A DNA stretch of 52,406 nucleotides. Origin: Octopus bimaculoides (Eukaryota). Of the stretch, positions 48,282 through 52,406 are shown in pieces. Positions within the stretch are counted from its first letter, which is position 1; each line of letters opens with the position of its first letter. Both the position numbers and the translations under genes were made by a program. The stretch covers positions 27,527,736 to 27,580,141 of the forward strand of contig NC_068993.1 of the NCBI RefSeq assembly GCF_001194135.2, in the 5' to 3' direction. Under the pieces are notes generated by a model that did not search any database, had not been told where the DNA came from, and saw nothing but the letters and a program-made list of their open reading frames with translations.

Positions 48282-48626
48282 CAACCTGTGTCCGATATAT
48301 CGTGAGTAAGGGAGCGAATCATTTCTCTCCAGTTTGGCAAGACCAGTAGACCATGGTCGAAAAAGAACGTTACTGTCTAGTATTATTACGACTTATATCC
48401 CGTTTAGAGATTTTTGCAAATAGCTATTTTCCTCGTAACGAGATCAGCGGCTGTCTGCCGCTTCTCTGTTTATATATTGTGAGTAGGGACGATTCACTGC
48501 CATCTCTAGCAGACATGTGTCCAGTACCGATGAAGGGTAAAGACCCAGAAAACATTGTCTACCGGTCTTGCCAAGCTGGAGGAGAATGATTCGCTCCCAT
48601 ACTCATAGTATATTGGACACAGGTTG
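48282..48626. mobile_element. 345-bp element with 70-bp inverted ends and a hammerhead-like motif (Penelope pLTR-derived)
   Basis: 48282-48351 is the reverse complement of 48557-48626. The motif ccagta-CCGATGA-agggt aaag accca-GAAA-acattGTC-taccgg lies at 48521-48565. Confidence 0.7.
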
Positions 48627-48897
48627 TATGTTGTTAACCAGCTGAAAAAGACGTTTTCTTGGAGTTAAAATGTAGTAACATAGTTCTTTATAGAACAGCC
48701 GGCAAAAAAAAACATTATCGTTTAGTATTGTTACTACTTCTATCTTGTGTAGAGATTTTAGAACTAGGTACACACACACGCATGCACGCACGCACGCACG
48801 CACGCACGCACACACACACATACATACATACATACATACATACATACATACATACATACATACATACATACATACATGCATACATACATACATACAT

Positions 48898-50345
48898 GAA
48901 GGTACCTGTAACAAGGAACGTGTTACTAAGGAATACAGAAATCGGGTTAGGAAAATATGGACCTCGGAACTCTTTGCGTTCAATAAAGCAATAGCCCACA
49001 ATGTGTTTGCAGTACCTGTACTCATACCGACATTCGGGATACTTGACTGGACGATCGATGAAACCCGAGCCCTTGATGTGAAGACCCGAAAAATACTAAC
49101 GAGCACGAACAACTTTCATATCAATAGCGATGTAGACCGCCTATACCTAAAACGAAATAAAGGAGGGAGGGGCCTAACATCAATTCAGACTGCCTTTGAA
49201 TGCCGTGTCATATCTCTTCGACATCATCTCATAACCACCAAGTGTCGAAGTGCACCCCTTGATGAAGTTTGCAGACATGAAGTAAATACCATCATGAGAT
49301 TGGGAAGGCAACTACTTGACAAGCATTCCCTATTCGACAACCCTGAACTCTTACCCAAAGAAATTGCAAGACTCTACCGTAACATAACATCAGAGGAGAG
49401 GATGAATGCATTCCAGCGGAAGACCATGCATGGATACGTTTACAGAAAGCTCCAGGGTGATAACAACATTGACAACCAGAGCAGTCTATTGTGGACAAAC
49501 AATCGGGTCACCAACTCTCACTTTGAAGGGTATGCCTTTGCTATTCAAGAACAAGAAATAGCAACCAAATTCCTAATAAACAAACGGGACAGAGAGGCGG
49601 GAAAATCGCCACAATGTAATAATCGATGCAGACTCTGTGGAATCAGTATCGAAGATATCACCCACATCATTAGCAGCTGTCCAAAAATGTCATCACGGTA
49701 TTACCTACCCATGAGACATGATGGTGTGGCCAAGACACTGTACAATGAAATCCGCCGATAGGATAACCCCGAGGCTAAGGAGATGAAAACCCATAATGAG
49801 GTAGAGGCCATTACCACTCACAATATGAAAGAGTATTGGTGGAATGTCCCAATAAAAACCTCAATAAAATGCAGACATAATAGACCGGATATAGTAATCT
49901 GGGATAGAGAAGAGAAACTCTGTACAGTAGTAGAAATCAGCTGTCCTGCGGATGTCAACATCCCACTAAAGATTAGAGAAAAAGAGAACAACTCTGCCGA
50001 GCTATTGNNNNNNNNNNCCTGGAAAAATTAGGGTTCTCAAAACCTGAAAGAAAAAGGCTGATTAGAAGACTACAGATTCAAGCCATCAATGGAACTGTAA
50101 AGATATGTAAAACTTTCCAAATATTTAGCACATAAATACATATGCATGCATCTAGACATAAAAACGCATCCATAAAACAAACATACAAATCTGCGCATAC
50201 ACTAACACCAAATACTGCACACACACACACATATGCACAAATACCTAGATGATGTTGATAAAAGTTCGAATGAAGGAGCCTTGAAACTATGTTAGAGTCC
50301 GGCTCTATCTCTATGGACAAGAAATACAGAAATGAAACTGATTGA
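48898..50345 (+). mobile_element. Young 5'-truncated R4/Dong-like LINE (thumb, CCHC, REL, 3' UTR) between (CATA)n tracts
   Basis: Open frame 48898-49758 (DRLYLKRNKGGRGL, AIQEQEI, CRLCG..EDITHIISSCP..RHD), one TAG, then in-frame HNRPDIVIWD..VVEISCPAD. (CATA)n lies at 48818-48897 and 50349-50365. Confidence 0.93.
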
Positions 50346-50739
50346 TAACATACATACATACATACGCACAATAAGAAGCAGCAGCATTTTCACAAATGAA
50401 AACATATATGTACGAATTTGTATGCACACACAATTAAGTACAAATGTGTATACACACACACACACATGTATGCATGTGTGTGCATGTGTGTCTGTATGTG
50501 TGTGTGTTTTTGTATGTATAGTGTTGACAAACTCAAGAGAGCTGAACAGCAGGTCGCAGAGAAGAATCCCCACTCAGACAAGTGTTTTGACCCTTAACTT
50601 CTTACAGTCTAAAGGGGCCAGGCCACAGCCAGGTCATGACTCATAGGTGCCCTTCTGCAGACACTTTTTTGCCACTTTGATATCAGAAACTTGTGCATTT
50701 AAACTGTTTGGAGATTTCACATATATATTAATTTATACT

Positions 50740-50895
50740 GCAAAACCATATAGACATAGAACCAATAGATGTGATCTCTGTTTAGAAGAATTTTACTGGA
50801 TTTTTACATCCAAGGGTACTATGATAAATTCTAAACAGGAACAAGCATTGACATGCTCGCACATGAGGAAATTTACATTTGCCAAGTATAAATGA
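50740..50895 (+). mobile_element. Penelope-like GIY-YIG C-terminal remnant
   Basis: AKPYRHRTNRCDLCLEE...INSKQEQALTCSHMRKF resembles the RCxLC..EK..LNKRSE..KCRH.NKF ending of some PLE endonucleases. Confidence 0.6.
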
Positions 50896-51959
50896 ATAAT
50901 TATCATTTATAACAAGGTTTTGAAATGATGGACTAAAAATAATTATCCAATAAGAACTTGAAATGGAGATTGTTGACGTCTAACTTAACGGAGAGCTCTA
51001 CATTATATAACTCAGAGTAGATAAAAGAAAATCTTTAAACAGCCATATCGAAGGATAAAGACCATGAAGAAACTGCACAGGTTTTATAGTTGAGTTACAA
51101 TTGTAAGGGTTACTAATCGCTGCAATTGAAACATGTGTTGGTCTATGTAAGGCGGTATATAAATTAAAGAATTAAAGGTAATGCTATGCAACTTCGTTGT
51201 AATCCCTATTATTAATATTGTTAATATAGGCATGTGTGGTAAGAAGCTTGCTTCCCTGACAGGAGAGCTAGTTGTTTTTCAGCAGTTGAACGAGATGGAC
51301 ATGAGTCTTTTGGGCTCTGTCTAAGTAAGGATTACAAGGAACATTGAATAACTTGCCGAGGTAGGTCGGTTTTGTCGCTCAGCTGAGCAATAATTTGTAT
51401 TTTAAAATTCTTTTTCAGCAGGTTGTTGTTCAGCTTGGCGACGTTTTCGCTTGCCTTGGCAGGTTTCTTGTGGTTGTTCGATAAGAACAAATTGTATTAG
51501 TTGTTTCTAGTGGGCGTATCCGCTCCACAGCAGTAAAAATTTATTGCTTCGCCTTTTTTTTTTTGGCCGAAAAGACTTTGCGTTCGCATTGCGAACGATT
51601 TTGTGTGCTTACTGTTTGTGGTAGGTGTATCCGGCCCTCCTCAACAGTAAAAATTATTGTTTGGCATTTTTTGCCGCAGATTTTTATTATCAATTTTTTT
51701 GAAAAATTGTGGAAGCCGTTCCAGTTGCAGGATTCCGTTTTCATGTGGCTTGGAGTACTAGTAGCCGGAAAATTGTTCGTTTGAACTGTTGAACTGTGTT
51801 CTTTTTTCTTTTTTCTATTTTTGTGTGATTTTTTTCCATCCGAACTATTTTTCTTTCTTCTGTCTTCCGTTCTGTTTTTTTTTTTCTGTGTAACTTTCTG
51901 CTAACAGTTGAACAATACAATGAACAATAAGAAAAAAATTCCATCTTGGAGTGGGAATT

Positions 51960-52406
51960 ATGCCCACCCAAGAAATGGATAAGGGAAAGGGGGGAAAGAC
52001 GGTGGTGTTGAGAACTTACTCCAAGTTACTCGACACCATTACGGTCTTTCCTGAAACGGATATAGAAAACGAATTGGCGGAGCATCTCCCCACCATTAAG
52101 TTTATAGCCAGGGGTGCCAAGTATGCAACAATTTGGTTGCTATTTGACACCCCTGAAGTGGCTCGCAAATTTGCGAGCCAGCCCATTGTAGGGCAGTATA
52201 TCTTGTTTCTCCCCACTTACTCTGGGAAGAAACTGACACGAGCTTGGATCTGTGGGCTGCCACCCGGCATAGAGCCTGAGTGGATAGAAGACACTATCCG
52301 CCAGGGGGTGGGTGGTAGCGGATCCAGGCTCATTAATGTTAAAATTCTGCCTTCAGCTAATTGGGTTGGGTCGAAAGCTGTGTTGACCATATGGACCCAA
52401 TCAGCT
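51960..52406 (+). CDS. LINE ORF1-like protein, open to the window edge (L1/Tx1 or HAL1-like)
   Basis: 149 uninterrupted codons (absent from the ORF track): KTVVLRTY..IKFIARGAKYATIWLLF..LFLPTYSGKKLTRAWICGLPPGIEPEWI..NWVG. It aligns by eye to both other ORF1s in the window. Confidence 0.8.
   Translation, partial: MPTQEMDKGKGGKTVVLRTYSKLLDTITVFPETDIENELAEHLPTIKFIARGAKYATIWLLFDTPEVARKFASQPIVGQYILFLPTYSGKKLTRAWICGLPPGIEPEWIEDTIRQGVGGSGSRLINVKILPSANWVGSKAVLTIWTQSA

Noticed and set aside
48745-48897. N-terminal THTH/TYIH extension of the 338-aa ORF as a fusion protein
   Set aside because: Flanking microsatellite that happens to be in frame with the truncated LINE.
51110-51140. gaaacatgtg downstream of the PLE remnant as a hammerhead
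   Set aside because: No recognisable CUGANGA or paired stems.

Overview
AT-rich eukaryotic non-genic or intronic DNA with five N-gaps. It is probably from a cephalopod such as Octopus (inference from the SINE families, dense microsatellites and TTAGGG-type repeats; not checked by search). No intact host gene is evident. The window is mostly retroelement debris: several R4/Dong-like and one HERO-like REL LINE; a near full-length decayed L1/Tx1 LINE plus two more homologues of its ORF1, one of which looks like an ORF1-only (HAL1-like) insertion with a 28-bp TSD; a Neptune-type Penelope element with about 650-bp inverted ends; other Penelope remnants; mariner, hAT and RTE remnants; SINEs; foldback elements with telomere-like repeats; and mini/microsatellites. 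Best leads: (1) a minimal hammerhead ribozyme with an apparent compensatory A3-U8 core pair at the Penelope 3' end; (2) the ORF1-only retroposon; (3) apparent (TAA)n versus (TACA)n target preferences of two REL-LINE lineages; (4) telomere-repeat foldbacks; (5) an unidentified decayed coding region of about 400 codons. All translations and alignments were done by eye, and boundaries are approximate.
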